In this document: positions 11,101 through 25,000 of the stretch, piece by piece | Layout of the letters: the number at the start of each line of letters is the position of its first letter | Numbering within the stretch: the stretch's first letter is position 1 | From: Klebsormidium nitens | Taxonomy: Eukaryota > Plantae > Klebsormidiophyceae | Direction: 5' to 3' | DNA length: 64,000 nt | NCBI GenBank assembly: GCA_000708835.1 | Contig: DF237118.1 | Location: forward strand, 1 to 64,000 | Program-made: the position numbers and the translations under genes | The notes under the pieces: model-generated | The model's database searches: none | What the model was told of the DNA's origin: nothing | What the model saw: the letters and a program-made list of their open reading frames with translations, nothing else

Positions 11101-14100
11101 GTTTCTCACCAATCAGGGCACGAGAGGATCCCAACTGCATAACTGCGTTCAAGTAGCTGACTTCATGCGGGCGCGCTATTGGTTGAATGCAAGCCCGCAA
11201 GCAGCAACTAGCATGGGGTGTCCCACCTTGTACGTGCCGTGCCCCTGGTCCTCCTTGATATCCGGCCGCACGAGCGCCTCCAGCTGCTCCACGTGTCCCT
11301 CTGCCAGGTTGGTGATGACAACACGGACGGGTTTCAGCACGACCATGGTGCGCGCGCTGCGGCGGTTCATGTCGTCACGGATGTGGTGCTCCAGCAATTC
11401 CATCTGGATGATGTTGTCACTGCAAGATAGCGGAGATGACGTCAGCATGAGGGGGAGAAAAACGTCAGCAAGATGTCAGCCTCGTCCATGGCTGTTAGGT
11501 CCATGGCTCACGCTACGGCCTTGTAAAAGTAGTATACATGTCAGCCCCAAAGCTGGTTACGGCCTAGTGCTCTACTAGATGGTGCTTTCGCCACGGGGTG
11601 GAAGAGACGACGTCAGCACGTCCGCGGACAAAACGTCAGCGTAGGACAGCACGACACGAAAGATGACAATGGCAAGATGTCAGCCATAGAGCGAAAAAAG
11701 GCGGGATGGCGGACTGGTGCTGAAACAACTTCATCAGGATGGTGTTGCCGCTGGCAGGGCAGTGAAAAACTAAACCAAGGAACCATTTTTTTGGAAGGAG
11801 ACAACCGATCGTCCCTTCTTCCAAGCTTCAATTGTATGTCATTAACAGGTTTCCAAAGGCTTGGACTCCAAATACTGAGGTGGGGAAGCCCTGGTAGCTC
11901 AAATTGGATAAAGTAAAGCCTAAACAAGAAGGCGGCGCCAGCCCGAATTATAGGCTACGAACCACTCAGTAAAGAGTAGCAAGGGCGGACCGTCATATCA
12001 TCATTTCAAAGCAAAAGAGGCTCTATATCGGGTAAAAGCTGATGACGAAAGCAGATGCAGGTCGGTCTGGGCGAGGAAGCTGATGACGTGGGCAGCGAGT
12101 CAAAAGTAGACCCACGTCACCCAACGCACCTGATCCTGTGATGCCGATCCATTATTTAGACAAAAAGCGAAAGCCGCCGATAAAAACGTCATTTTGGGAC
12201 AGTCGAAAAGAGGGGCGTAGACGCACCTGCGCGTAATGCCGAGCGCTCTGCAGAACGAGTTGATGGCTTCCGGAGAGGCGCCCCTCCGCCGCAGGCCCGC
12301 TAGCGTCATCAGCCGGGGGTCGTCCCAGCCGTCCACCCAGTGGTCCGTCACCAGCTTGTTCAACTGCGGGAAAAGTTTGAAGTTTGAAGTCAAAGGTCAA
12401 AACCTCAAAATCAAGGAAAGTTCAAAAAGGTGGGAACTATATTCAGAAGACGGGCTTGATAATATCTAAACAGGTCAAGCGAGGGCGAAGGGAAGGAGAG
12501 ACGAGTGAGAATCAACCGCACCATGACCGGTCCAGTCGCATGCTTGCACAATGTCGGGCAAAGTACGAGACGGATTAACGGGGCGTTTGTGCAACTAAAG
12601 CGCAGTTCGTCGTGCTACTCAAGTCGGCCCGTTTGGCCTGACGCATCACGATTGGCAATCAACCATAGTCTCGTGGTGTGGCAACTAGCCACACAGCATC
12701 AGAGCAAGCCCCTCTCCGGTGCACGACAAACGAACCCTCAAAGAAAAGAAAGATCAACCGGAACTGGTGACACGAGAAGGAAGAGAGTTCAGAGCCTACC
12801 TTCCGCATGGACAGCACAGTGTTTGCGATGCATAAGCTGAAGACCCCCTCTCAGGTACGCGGCAATTGAACTTCCAGTGGGGAAAAAGGAGCACTCGAAA
12901 GTAAGAAACTAGTAGTGGAACAAGGAGGAGGAAAGGGGAGAGACCTACCTTTCGCTTGGACAGCACTGTGTTTGCAATGCTGAGCCGCGCATACTCCCAC
13001 ACGTGCGGCAGGTACAGCCCCAGCGCCTCCAGCAGCCAGTAGTACGACGCGCGGCGCGTCTCGAACTCGAGAGTGCACAACTGCTCAAAAATGGAGAAGT
13101 TGTTTAGTTACTTTTCTTGATTTCGATTGTGTTACTGAGAGCTGCATGGGCTCTGCGGCTTGCTTGATGGTTGAAACCTGTCACCAAGGATGCGAAACCA
13201 GTAGTACGACGCGGGGCGCGTCTCGAACTCGAGAGTGCACAACTGCTCAAGAATGGAGAACATTTTTCGAAACTTTTCCAAATTCGATTGTGTTACTGAG
13301 AGCTGCATGCGCTCTGCGGCGCAGTAAAGCTTGCTTGATAGTTGAAACCTTGTCACCAAGGATGTGAAACAGGACTTCGACATTTGTGCGTGCTTTTCCG
13401 ACCAATAGAGATGTCATGCTAGTAAATGTATACATCATGTCAAGAGCCAAGGCTAAGTCTCTCGGACTCTGTATGTGAGAGCCATCAAGTCCGGCAAAGA
13501 TCCTCTTTGTACTCCTCCATAGGTCCAATCATGCAGGATGAGCGCTAACAGTAACATGAGACGTTCCGACAAGTGCTGGCAGTCTGTTTCAAGTTCACTT
13601 AAGGAACAGCAACCAAAGGGAGGGACGCGATTGCAACGAGCAAAGCCAAAAACAGATAACGATCTAAATGAGCATATAGAGGCACGCTGTCAAAGCAAAC
13701 AAGCTTAAGGATTATTTGCCCCCAAGCGATGGGAACAAAGCAGGACGTACCGAGTGCGTGATGTTCTCCAACGAGTCGACGATGCAGTGCGTGTAGTCGT
13801 AGCTGGGGTAGATGCACCACTTGTCGCCAGCATGCGGGTGGGGCGTATACTGCACGACGATTTCAAGGCACGTTAGTGCTTGTCACGATCGAAAAACGGA
13901 GAATGAAGAATGCTTGGCGGCCAGCTACCAAAGTTGGTTAGCGAGATTGGCCTTATGGCATGCAATCGGAAGCACTCGGCGAACGTTATGTAGTACTGCT
14001 GCCCTACGATCGTCGGCCATTCTTTGTGCGATAAGCTCTCGAAACCGGTCACCCGGCTTCATTCTCGACCGAATGCTTGGACGGGAGATTGAATAATTCC

Positions 14101-17100
14101 CAAAGCAATTCGTTTCAATCCAATCTGCTTAGAGATGTTTCACGCAGTAGAGGACCAAATACAGATGGTGCTCATCCGGACCAACGCCAGCATTAAGCAG
14201 AACGAGCTGTTAACAGCTCCCTTCGTTAAGTTGCAACTGACTCCAGCCCTCACCTTTATCCGGTATGCAATCAGGTCGAACATGTTGAAGTTGTCGTTCT
14301 TGACGTCCTGCTTCATGCGCAGCGTGGCGGTGCCCTCTTCCCACAACCCCCGCCGCATCTCGTCAAACAGCCGCAGCGACTCCTCCGTTGGACGGTTCCG
14401 CCACGGACTCTCTGCGCGACGCTCCCGGAAGTCCTTGATCTCGTCCGCAGTCTGAGGGGAATGCGTGGTGTCAAGAAGTATTCGAATCAAATCCAAACTT
14501 GATTTTTTTTGTGAGAGCGTCTGCGACAAGACAAGCAGTAGCCTCGAAGGGCTCCGAGAAGGTGAGAGGTCAAAAGCGCTTGATGGCTTGTCTTACTGAA
14601 GCCTTTGTATTTCGCATCTTCATGCAGATTGCATATCATGTCACTGGGCGTAACGGCATTCTTCAGAATCAAGAAGGGAAACGTGAGTCTTGAGAAAAGC
14701 TCTGCCAGCTCGACTACCAGCGATGTCAAACTCCCGAAGGGCTCTCCTTTAACGGTTCGGGAGTTTCTGTCTAGATCTTTGGTTGAGAGAAGTGGCTCGA
14801 TGTCACTCCTCTCAGAATCTTACAAATGGAACGGTCGGAAGCTTGCAGAGTTTTTATGGAGCGTTTCAAGGCTTTGCAAGGCTAGTGACGTGCGATTGAG
14901 GGGTTGCCTGGATGAGAATAGGGGACGGCAGGTGTCAAACACTCAATTGGTCCGGTTGCGAGAGAAAAGCCCGCGAGCAGTCGGTGCACGACAGAAAGTA
15001 TCTCACCTGGTGATCGACGTACGCATGTCCCCGCTTGATCAGCTCTACCGCCAGGTCGTAAAGCTCCTGGAAGTAGTCGCTCGAGTACGTGATCTGCGAG
15101 ACAGAAAGAGAACAAAGTCCAAGGAAATGTCAGCTGGGCGCCGAAAGCCAGTCACTTGATCAGTGCCAAAACAACCGACAGAAACATCCTCGCTCAAGAG
15201 GTAGGACGAGTTTGGAAAGAGCGACCGCTGGGCAGACGGCTTGCAAGCTTGTAGCACCGCAGGAAAAAAATGTAAGTCAGGAAGCGTGCCGTGCGATATA
15301 GCCTCTTCTGCAGATGCAACCGCCTTCTTACCGAACGCCTTTTCACATTGTAAGCTAGTCGTTGTCCTCAATTTCAAGGCCGGAGCAGCTCGCACTTTCC
15401 AAGATGCAATCAATGTAACACCCTTTACGTTATGCAAAGCGCAACTTATGCATTATGCGAGCTCTCTCTCATTCATGCGGAATGTTTGCGGGTTTGGAAA
15501 CTTGCTCACCTTCCAAGGCTTCCAGCCGAGCCAGCCTACAATCTCCTGGATGTGGTCAATGTACTCCTGCTTCTCCGCTTCGGGGTTCGTGTCATCGTAC
15601 CGTAGATAGCACCCCCCGTCCCGGTCGTGCGCCAACCCGAAGTCCACGAACATTGCCTACATGCACAGGAAATTCCAGTCTAGTTCTCTTGTTAACTCCT
15701 TATCGAATTGGTCGGAACTGGTCGGAACTGCGTGGCAGTCGGAACTTTGCCTCGTTGTGCCGCACCTTTCTCGTCTTCGCAAGCGGGAAAATAGCTTTGG
15801 ATAGAGCGTCCGAAAAGACACATCCTCGAAGAAAGCCTGCAACTTTGCTTGGGAGGTCCCAGCTCCGTAAAAGCAGTTGCAGAGCGAATGGACAAACGTC
15901 TCAGAAGAGAGTTGCAGAGCGAATCGACAAACCCCTCAAAAGTATCTTCGTCAGCTCGTTTTCACGGTGTGCTCACCTTCGCATGTCCAATATGAAGATA
16001 ACCGTTCGGTTCTGGCGGAAACCGAGTCAGAACCTTGCCCCCTGTCTCCTTTAGATGCCGTGCAAGCCTCTCTTTGGAGTTTGCGGGTCGCCAAATGTTG
16101 CCGTCGCTATACCGGATCTCCGTATGGACCTGGAAAAAAAGCGTCGAGACAGCTTCGCTAAAGCTCTGAGCGTCCGTCCTCAAGAATTATCGCAGTTTGT
16201 TGCTTACGCAGGGCGTTTGGCTAGTCTCCGAACTTCGCAGAGGATCGAATGCTCGAGACAAATTTGGTGCTTGAAAGTTCTCACGGACCAAGGGGGGGCG
16301 GTGGTAAAAAACGCGAGATAGATTGGAGGCGGAACGGGGACGTCTTTGTTCTGTTGTTCAGAAACTTAGCGGACTAAGAGTCTCTCGCTGCAGCCTTGAC
16401 AGAGCTCGCGAAACGGTGATGAGGCAAAGAGCAGCTTGCCAAGTAAGCTCCGCCAAAGTATTCAGGATTGGTATCATGTTGCCAGATTGCCTCCAACTTT
16501 TTGCGTGCATACTTGAATGGGCTCACTTCTTCTCTCAACTGGCCTACGACACAAGGCTCAGGCTGCTTTGTCGAGCTCGGGGAGCGCCCTTGCAACCATT
16601 GCTGCATGCAGAAGGTTTGTCCAAGCACTGAAAGCCATCTATGCACGAGCAGCTCACCTGGAAGTTGTCCGCAGGTTTCGGGAACATGGCAAACGGGTCG
16701 CTCTCCTCCACGGGCGCTGTCGTCGGGCCATTGGCTTCCGCTGCCTTTTCCTGCAGCGTATAGTTTCCGCAAATGTTGACGCTAATCTCTCGATCCAGAA
16801 ACCCTTTCATCGGCTAAATCTGCGGCCGGATTTTGACCTTGATGAGACCGGACGTGGGCTTTCAAGCAGCGTTCACCTGTGTGGCCCTCCGACATGTTAC
16901 TGACGGAATAAAGTTACCAGGAGCTTTGACTCCCCGCCGCTGCAAACTGGCTTCGAATCTGCTTCAGTGGGGAACTCCCGGAAGTGCTGGAGCGAACTTT
17001 TTTGGATAGTACGCAGGCTCTTGGAGAAAAACTCGGAACTAGCATGTGAGGAGAATATGCAAAGGGCGTCGTCAAACTCCCGCACCCTGAGACAAGGCAT

Positions 17101-20100
17101 CAATGCCCAATCCTCACCTCTTTGGGGGCTTTGGCAGGCTTGACCTTCTTCTTCTCAGGCTTCTTTTCGTCCTCTGCAGTCTTGGGTCCCAACAGCGCCA
17201 ATAGCTGCTCGTCCAACTCAACCTGCAGAGGACTCCGACACTTAGATCCATGCGACTAACGGCGTCATCCAAAAGTGGGACCCTCGTGAGCGGCATGACC
17301 ATCGTCCAACAATCTAGAGGCCTGACTCCATGATGTGCCATTCGCGCTCATGTCGCTTGTCTGTAAGTCGACCTCAAACCTTCTTTGACTGCTTTTCAAG
17401 GTAGATTTACGGATGCTCGTTCATCTACGTTTTGACAGGTAAGCACCATCCACAGGTGCAAATCACCAATCTTGGAGTCGGCTGCAGATGCAGCCTGAGC
17501 GGCCTTCCAAACACTTATCCATTTGAATCACAAAGAGATAGATGCCGTTTCACCGGAAAAGTGGTGGCTACGTCTGAAGCATTTTTAAAAACCCCGTACT
17601 CAAGAAGGTCGTGGACTGCTAAAGGAAGGAGGGCCGTCAGCGCATAAGAGTGAAACGAAAAGTCGACTTTTCCTGGAGATTGCAACAGGCATCAGGTGTG
17701 AGTTGAAGAGCTTCGATTGTCAAAATCACAGCTCTTTCAGTTCCCTCACCTTGACAAGCTTCCCGTCAGCGAAGGGCAACTTTTCCCGCACTGTCTTCTG
17801 GATCTTGCCGGCTGAAGAAGCACGAACAGAAAGTGGTCAAGGGCGTTCCGAGGCGACCCCGACTTGGCTTGCCTGCTTCTTAACTCAGATCAAAGTCGTT
17901 CGTGCTACGGAGTAGTTGGGTCGTAGATCTGAAAGCTTCTGGAACTACGCTCTTGCTCGAGACTGACAGGGAAGGCCTTACACTGGGTCCCGAAAGCCCG
18001 GAAAAAATGGTTTGTCGGAGTATACATATACTCAGCTTCTTGAATACGGATGCGGGCAATGGTCATGACCGAATCTCGAATACTTTCGTGGAGTGCACGT
18101 TTAAGTAGGAGTAAAGCTAGTTCCATTGGTAAACAGACAAAATAACAAGCCATTGAATGCGGTATCAAACGGCTTCGTAGCTACCCAAGCAACTTCGCAT
18201 CTTATTGTAACTCCAAGTTACTGCATCTACCCTGATAGTAGACACGCTGACCAGTCAGCTGATACAATTGTGGACCTCATGACGACTGGGACACTGAATA
18301 GGACGGAAAGAGGGCGGCGAAGGGCAACAACTAGTCACACCTGGCTGCAATCATTCGACTGTATCAGCGACATCAGTGGCAGTTTCTGCAGGAAAAAGAG
18401 CCGACTTGAGTGATGCTGCAGAAAAGGAGGAGGAAAAAGTCGCAGGTGCTGCCGCTCACTGTTTGCTTTGTACCGCTCCACGAGTAAGCGCTCCTTGTCG
18501 GCTGCGAGGACCTCTGCCACCGCCGCCTTGATCTGCTCCGGCGTTACTTCCACACCTGCACACAGGCCAAGTTTTGGTTTTCACCTTTCTCAATCGATTC
18601 ACTGCAATCGTCTGGCGGCCTTGACTGTCGCTGATGCTGAGTACTTTCTTCTCATTTCTTGGTGCTTGTCTTTGTCCGTTTCTAGTCGGGATGCATAACG
18701 AAAGCCAGTCACTTCCAAGCGAAAGCGCAAATTAGTTTGAGGCTCCACTAATTTGGCGAGGGGTTTTATTGCCGTTCTATAGAAGCTTCCGAGTGCAACC
18801 ACCAACATGCACCACCAGCTTTCGTATGGCAGGACGTGAAAGCGATTGTGGTCGTAAAAAGGCATCCTATGCACTCTCTTCGGATCTGTTAAGTTCCAGA
18901 TCCTATGTTCAACTGTGCGTTTTCGAAAAGACCTCAAGACCCGTCTTTAAGACCCAAGTGCCAAGAGACGCACTCCATGAACAACTAGACTGGTGAGACA
19001 CGCACCTACGCCTGCCTTCTCCTCGAATTCCGCTACATTGAGCTCGTCCCTCCCCACAGTGGCGAGGTACTCAAAAGCGGCCTCAACCTGGGGGATGCTC
19101 TTGATCTGCAGTGAGGGCACAAGAATTTCTTTGTTTGCCAACATATTCTCGAGTGGCCCTCTGGCACTCTAGTTTTCAAATGGACTGGGGTCAACTTGAC
19201 GAAACCATCAGGGCAATTTTCGACCAGCCTATGATTGGAACACAGATTGAACCACAAAAGGTGCCATACTTGTTGGAGTCAGTTTCTTTCAGACAGGCAG
19301 TGTCTCGATTGATGTAATCTTGACAGTGAAAAGAACGTGTGACTCACTCAACAAACAGTTGAGGTGCTGTCATGTAAACGCTGTATTCTGCTTTTCAGAT
19401 AGAACACTATGCTCACAGCAATCTGACCGCCATCATACTCGAAGTCAGTAGTGGGAGGCTGTCCAAAGGGGAGGCGACACAAGACTGCATCTTGGAAAGC
19501 AGCTATGCACGTACAACCAGACTCTCAGATCGCAGGCTCACCCGGCCATCAGCTATGTACTCTAAGAAGTGCTTGCGGTGGCCGAGGGCGTTTGCAGGGA
19601 ACTTGGTGGCAGTCTGCAGAACCACGCATTGGCTTTGAATCGTGATCCAACTTTTATCATTAAGGCTCTGCTGTTATTATTCTCACAAAGTAGTCAGATC
19701 ACTCTTTCCACAATCCTGCAGCTTCCAAAGGGGTGATGAGTTTCACAACATGCCGCTCTCATATGAACAGGAAAGTCATTACTGCTACTGAGAGACTTTC
19801 TCTAGAAACATCAATCTTTGACGTCAACAAGCTCCTCTTCTTCAAGGGCGTTCCGGTGACAGATAGGAGATTAGCAAGATGTTCGCAAATCAAGCGATTG
19901 CTTGAGTTTTGCATTGTGCTTACGGTGTAGAGGTGGTTGCCAGTGACTCGATCGCACCCTGCGCTTAGGCCCGCCTGCACAAGAAGGGCAGACGGTGGTA
20001 TGCAAAAGTATACAAAGTGAAGTAAGGCGTCATTTGAACTCCGCCTTCCAAAAGTTTCTTTTGTCGTGAGTCCACAACAATTGGTTCTTGTTGATCCGAG

Positions 20101-20420
20101 AGCCATTGCAAAGGCGTCATCCTCAACAGATTCTTGAGTGCGTAGGCGCAACTTTCGGCATTATTCCTTCTTCATTGGTACAAAGACCTGCACAGCAACC
20201 ACTGCAACATCATACTCACGGTACATCTGGCGCACAGGAGAAGTAAAGCCTTGGAGCGCACCTCATCAATCACGGCAATCAGGTTGTTTGTGACCTTTGT
20301 GTTCGCCACCGTCGTCTTTGCCGTCTTCTCCTCAATCCCAATGCGCAGGAAAAGAGCCACAATCCCCTCGTTGTCTACATCTTTTGGCCCTGTTTTCCCA
20401 GGTTCTTTTGGGGACGCCAT
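8116..20420 (-). CDS. QARS: Glutaminyl-tRNA synthetase, eukaryotic cytosolic type, 21 exons
   Basis: Starts MASPKEPGK at 20420 with the eukaryotic N-terminal extension ([22 protein letters not shown]). Contains [17 protein letters not shown] (HIGH), [69 protein letters not shown] and FQFERLGYFCVD, ending [15 protein letters not shown] at 8116. All exons were found with GT-AG boundaries. Confidence 0.97.
12790..12840 (-). repeat. Decayed copy of the 3' end and donor site of the GlnRS exon 13080-12949
   Basis: Minus strand: GCATCGCAAACACTGTGCTGTCCATGCGGAAG|GTAGG versus the true GCATTGCAAACACAGTGCTGTCCAAGCGAAAG|GTAGG, 149 nt apart. Confidence 0.85.
13037..13379 (-). repeat. Tandem duplication (~162-nt unit) containing the acceptor and first ~45 nt of the GlnRS LCTLEF exon
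   Basis: Two near-identical units. Both contain gagcag|TTGTGCACTCTCGAGTTCGAGACGCG; the upstream copy (exon-start equivalent 13242) encodes [15 protein letters not shown] and then diverges to a stop. Confidence 0.95.
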
Positions 20421-20578
20421 GACTGCTTGAAACAGCGCCACCACCTGTAGATAGTCGCGCGCTTGAGCTTTGAGAATGAGCTTTGAAGCCTTTGATCGAC
20501 GAATCATGAACGTGTATACCAGCCCTGACCAGACTAACCCGCTATGGTTACAAGGAGACCCAGTTGTGTACCTATGCC

Positions 20579-20947
20579 CAGAGGGCGCAAGCACCAGGCA
20601 AAATCCTCGTGCGAGCAGATTTGTAAGTGGACGGGTCCTTGCATTCTCAGGTGCCCACAAGTTCGAAAGTGTTCCAATATGTTCACTGATGCTCTCAAAA
20701 GGTTTCCGCCAAATTCTGGTGCTAGCTGACCATGTTTCTCAACGTCCAAAAAAAGGGGGTTTTAGCTGGTAATAGCAGACATGGGTCCACTCGTCAAATG
20801 ACACCAGAGGCTCCACCGGCCGGGCGGACCCAAAAATCTGTGCCAAATGTTGCTAAAGGACCATATAAGACGCCTGCAAAATTCTGTGGACGCCACCGCG
20901 GTGGAGCCCTGAGCTCGATTATTTTGCCTGGGTGCTTGCGCCCTCTG
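20579..20947. mobile_element. 369-bp hAT-type MITE with perfect 17-bp TIRs and an 8-bp TSD
   Basis: 5' TIR CAGAGGGCGCAAGCACC (20579-20595) and its exact reverse complement GGTGCTTGCGCCCTCTG (20931-20947), extendable to ~26 bp with one indel. Direct repeat CCTATGCC immediately outside both ends (20571-20578 and 20948-20955). No transposase ORF. An 8-bp TSD with CAG-starting TIRs is the established hAT signature. Confidence 0.88.
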
Positions 20948-22023
20948 CCTATGCCGTTCCAAAATTTGGTAGCAGCCGTAGCTAGTCTACAGGAAATATG
21001 AAACGGCCCCGTAACCGTAACGTAACCTGCAGGTTATCTTGGTGGGGTTCGAATATCAACACAGCTTGCAGCTCAGTGCAAATTGCAATCTCATGCTGAG
21101 ATTCAGAAGAGGCAGAATGGCGCCCAAAGCGTGGTGGTGAACCTGAGGTCAGAAGTTCTTTACCTTCTTGCTACAGATATTACGAAGTTGATTGCAGCAA
21201 ACAGGACTCTGATTGTGAGATCAACGCGTCAACAATGAAGCAAGGGGCGGGCTTTGTTTCTCGGGTAAGCACTGCTCTCGACAGAGTACTTTATCACACG
21301 TACTGCAGAAGATCCGCTGTTTCATTTAAATGCAATACATGCAGAGTCAAAGGATTTGATTGGGATTGGCTTTTGTTGGTTTGGTGGCGTTAGAGGGTTT
21401 GATGGTTGTATCTTACTTTTGGCGGGCGGCGTGGGGGCACATTCTTTGTGTTGAGTTTATTTGAGCGCTCCTTTGAATGAAGAAGATACAAAGCTGGTTC
21501 CAATATAACAGAGATACGCGGTTGCTTGTGTAAGGCCAACTGCATTGAAAGTGCGTGATCCTGCGAAATGTCCAATTTTCATACGCATGTTAGCAATCTG
21601 TTAAAAGTTGATGGTGCTTATCGCATCCCTTAGTATCCTAAAGAACTACTGTCACTTCATGGTGAATGCGATGGTCTCTTTCCTAAGCGGCGATTCTGCT
21701 TCCAGTTCTTCCGGATGCATAGCCATATGCTGTACCCCAAACGCTGTGATGAGGCTGTACCCCGTCAAGGTTTCAGTTATTCAGGCGCTCCGTTCAGACT
21801 AATCTGTGACATGTCCACGGTCTTACGTGTGGCCTGTTGGCCTGCGCACTATGAATGCGTTCAACCTTGCGTTTATGTACCACCGTTCCTATCACATCGG
21901 TGCAGTCATGTCTTCTTGAACACCTCTTGCTTTGCAGCCCTTAGCTTTTGGGCCGATTCCTGGAGTTGGGCCGAATTCTCTCTTGGAACAGGTGCCTTTC
22001 TTTCACTGACCCACACTTTCCTT

Positions 22024-25000
22024 ATGCAGGTTCTCCCTCAATCTTGTTGCCGCCAGACTGCATCAACCAGAATATATCTGCTGCTTTCACTTGTGCTACT
22101 AAGTCATTGGATGCTGGCGGTGGATGCTATCTCAGGCAGGCTGCCCGATGTTGCCCTTAGAGGGGTTGCTCCTGCAGGTAAGTGCTCTCAAGCTTGACGG
22201 CTTATTTACGAGTCCCTGTGCAGATTGTATCAGCTTGGCAAGATCCCTGTCCTGAGGCCTGACAGGTGCTTTGTGACATTCTGGCCTCAAGGGATGAGTT
22301 GCAGCGCTCAATTGTCACCAAAGCCCGATGTTGGCTGAGAGTGCTGAAAAATCGCGGTTGCCTTTTCAAATTACTCAAAGAGAGGGCATCAGTAGCATGG
22401 TCTATCGAAATAGCTAACAATCGCCAATGGCCACGATGAGGGCAACACTTTTTAATCTGCTACCCTGGTTTTGGAGAAGAAAATTTTGAGCAGATTCCAA
22501 CTTCTTTTCAGGAATCTCATTGGCCATGATTCCCATGTTTTTCCATGTCTCCAGACCTTGCGTTGTACGAGGCAGACCCCCTATTCTGCCGCGACCACTC
22601 CCGTAAGATCGCCGTCTCGCAGTTGAACGATGATTTCTGCGACTGCCCCGATGGCTCGGACGAGCCAGGTATGTGCTGCGCCCTCATCCCGCTATGCCGT
22701 AGTCAGAGTCACCTCTGTAGTTGCCTCTGGCGCCTTGTTTTGGTCGGTCCTATTCTTTCAATCCTGATACTAGTGCGATGCACTTTTTGTCAGGCATCGC
22801 ATCGAACAATGTGTCGAGGGGTTTCAGAACTCGAACCTTGATAGTTATCTCTTCAGTTGTACATAGGCGTAGTTTGTTTCCATTTGCACTTGGACTAGGT
22901 GCTTGTAGTCTGCAAGGAGGGAAACGCAGACGGCTTTACCCAAGGATGATTATTCTGAAGCTCCTTTGAATACGCTCACCCGTCCTTCTGCAGGCACCTC
23001 CGCGTGTCCCGACGGCCGCTTCTACTGCCGCAACAAGGGGTACCACCCTATCAGTATCTTCTCATCGAGGGTCAATGATGGAATTTGCGGTGAGCGGATA
23101 AGTCCCTTCCGTGATTTTTGATCTCTAGATCCAGAATCGAGAGTGACGATTGTCGTGGTTACATCTTACTCAAATTGAAACCTGTCCCTCACTGTTTTGA
23201 TTTTGGTTGCCAGACAAAACGCGGAGGTCGCCGTTAGTGGTGTAAACATTTCCTTTTTGCTTGACGCAGTATCCGTAACGCTTGAGCCGAGCTCTTCTTA
23301 CTGTCGTTCACTTGTGCCAATGTTACCCATCAGCTCTGTTCCATTTTGTTGCTTACTCCTGTTTTCGCGTTTACTTGACTCTGACCACAACTTCTCCCGC
23401 TTGATTTTTGAATCACCCGTAAGTGACCACCATTGATTTCTATTCCATGTCAACAACACCCTTTTGTCCCCCGTCTATCCACTTGTCAACTTCCTTTCTT
23501 CTCATGTTGGCCTAATTCAGGAGTAGTAAGGGCCAGGTATAGTATGCTAACCATCCTGGGACAGGTGGGTTTAGTTTTGGGGTTTATGGTGGGTATGGGT
23601 GTGGAGCAGGTAAACTGTTGAGTTCGGTTTTCGGTGTTAGTTTAGAGGTTATTATAGCTGGCTCTTGTTTTACCTGCTATATGCCGTTCTCCTTTTTTCC
23701 CCTCCAGACTGCTGCGACGGCAGTGATGAGTGGGCCACCCCTGGGGCCTGCCCCAACACGTGCCTCCAGGCGGGGGCCGCATACCGCACGCAACTGTCGG
23801 CTGAAGCGGCCGCCTATTCGGAGGTGGGTTGTCGTTTTCCAAACCGAGGTTCACAACCAGGCATGAAGAAGTGGTCTACTAGCTCAGACTTTCAGTGTGG
23901 AAGCGAACTACTAGCTCTGCACCCCAGCACGAGAGCAAGCTTTTCCGTTGTTGTTTGCCTAACTGCATGCAGGGAAGGTCGGCAAACGTTCTGGCGTTCG
24001 TTTCTTGCTGGCAATCGGTTTTGGTCCGACAGTGTTCCTGTCCCGACATTAGATTGGGAACAGCATCCAAAACGATCGGTGCCCCAGGGTTGGGGGTGTT
24101 TTGTCTACAGGCTAAAGTGCTTTCCTTTTCAGCCACGTTCTTGGGTTAGAGTCTCCTTGGAAAGTTAGACGGGCGTAGGACTCCCACGTTATGAGACGGT
24201 TCTGGATGCTGAATCTTGCCCATAAGTCGGCTCTACTATGCCCATCAGACCTGGGACCTTCAAAGTTCAGCGCCCACTTTGTTGGCATGGTGAAAGGCAG
24301 GGAACGGCAGACTTGTCCGAACGGCAAGGAAGTGGTGCGCACTTTGAGGGGCCACAAAGCGCTGATTTCTCACATGTTTGACGAATCCCACAATCCTAGA
24401 ATAAAAGGACCCTAACGACCGACTAGAATGATGGGACTTAAAACCTGAAAAGTTATGAAAGCAATACACTAGCTTTAAGATACTGAAACTGGAAACCTGC
24501 TGCAGGGCCACAAGGTGCGGACGAAATATGTGGCCAAGGCTCAGGGGCTGCGGCAGCAGTGGGAGTCGCAGCTGGAGAAGGCCAAAGCCGACAAGCTGAA
24601 GCAGGAAGCCAAGGAGAAAGAGCTAAAGGGTGAGAGTGCAACGGATCACATCTGTCCTCTATTCGCATTTGCTGAGTTGCAAAGTTTGGCTACGCTTGGG
24701 CGACAGTACGCATGTTTGATGGCTCACAGCAAGATGAAAATCCAGAAAAACAAAGATCAAAGACAAGACGACGAAGCCTCGACTTGTTCGCTCTCGTGAA
24801 GCATGGTGGTTAGTCGGGTCGTCCCGTTTTATCCATTGTTTTGTCCGTGAATATGTATCCGGTTAACCTGAAAGTTGAGAAAAGCTCGGTTCACCAATCA
24901 CGAACTCAAGTGAAGCTCTTCCTCCCAATAGCTCGCAAGGAGGCAGTAGAAGCCGCCAATAAGGTGTAGCGTGAGTGGAGCGAGCAACAAGAGAAAGCGG

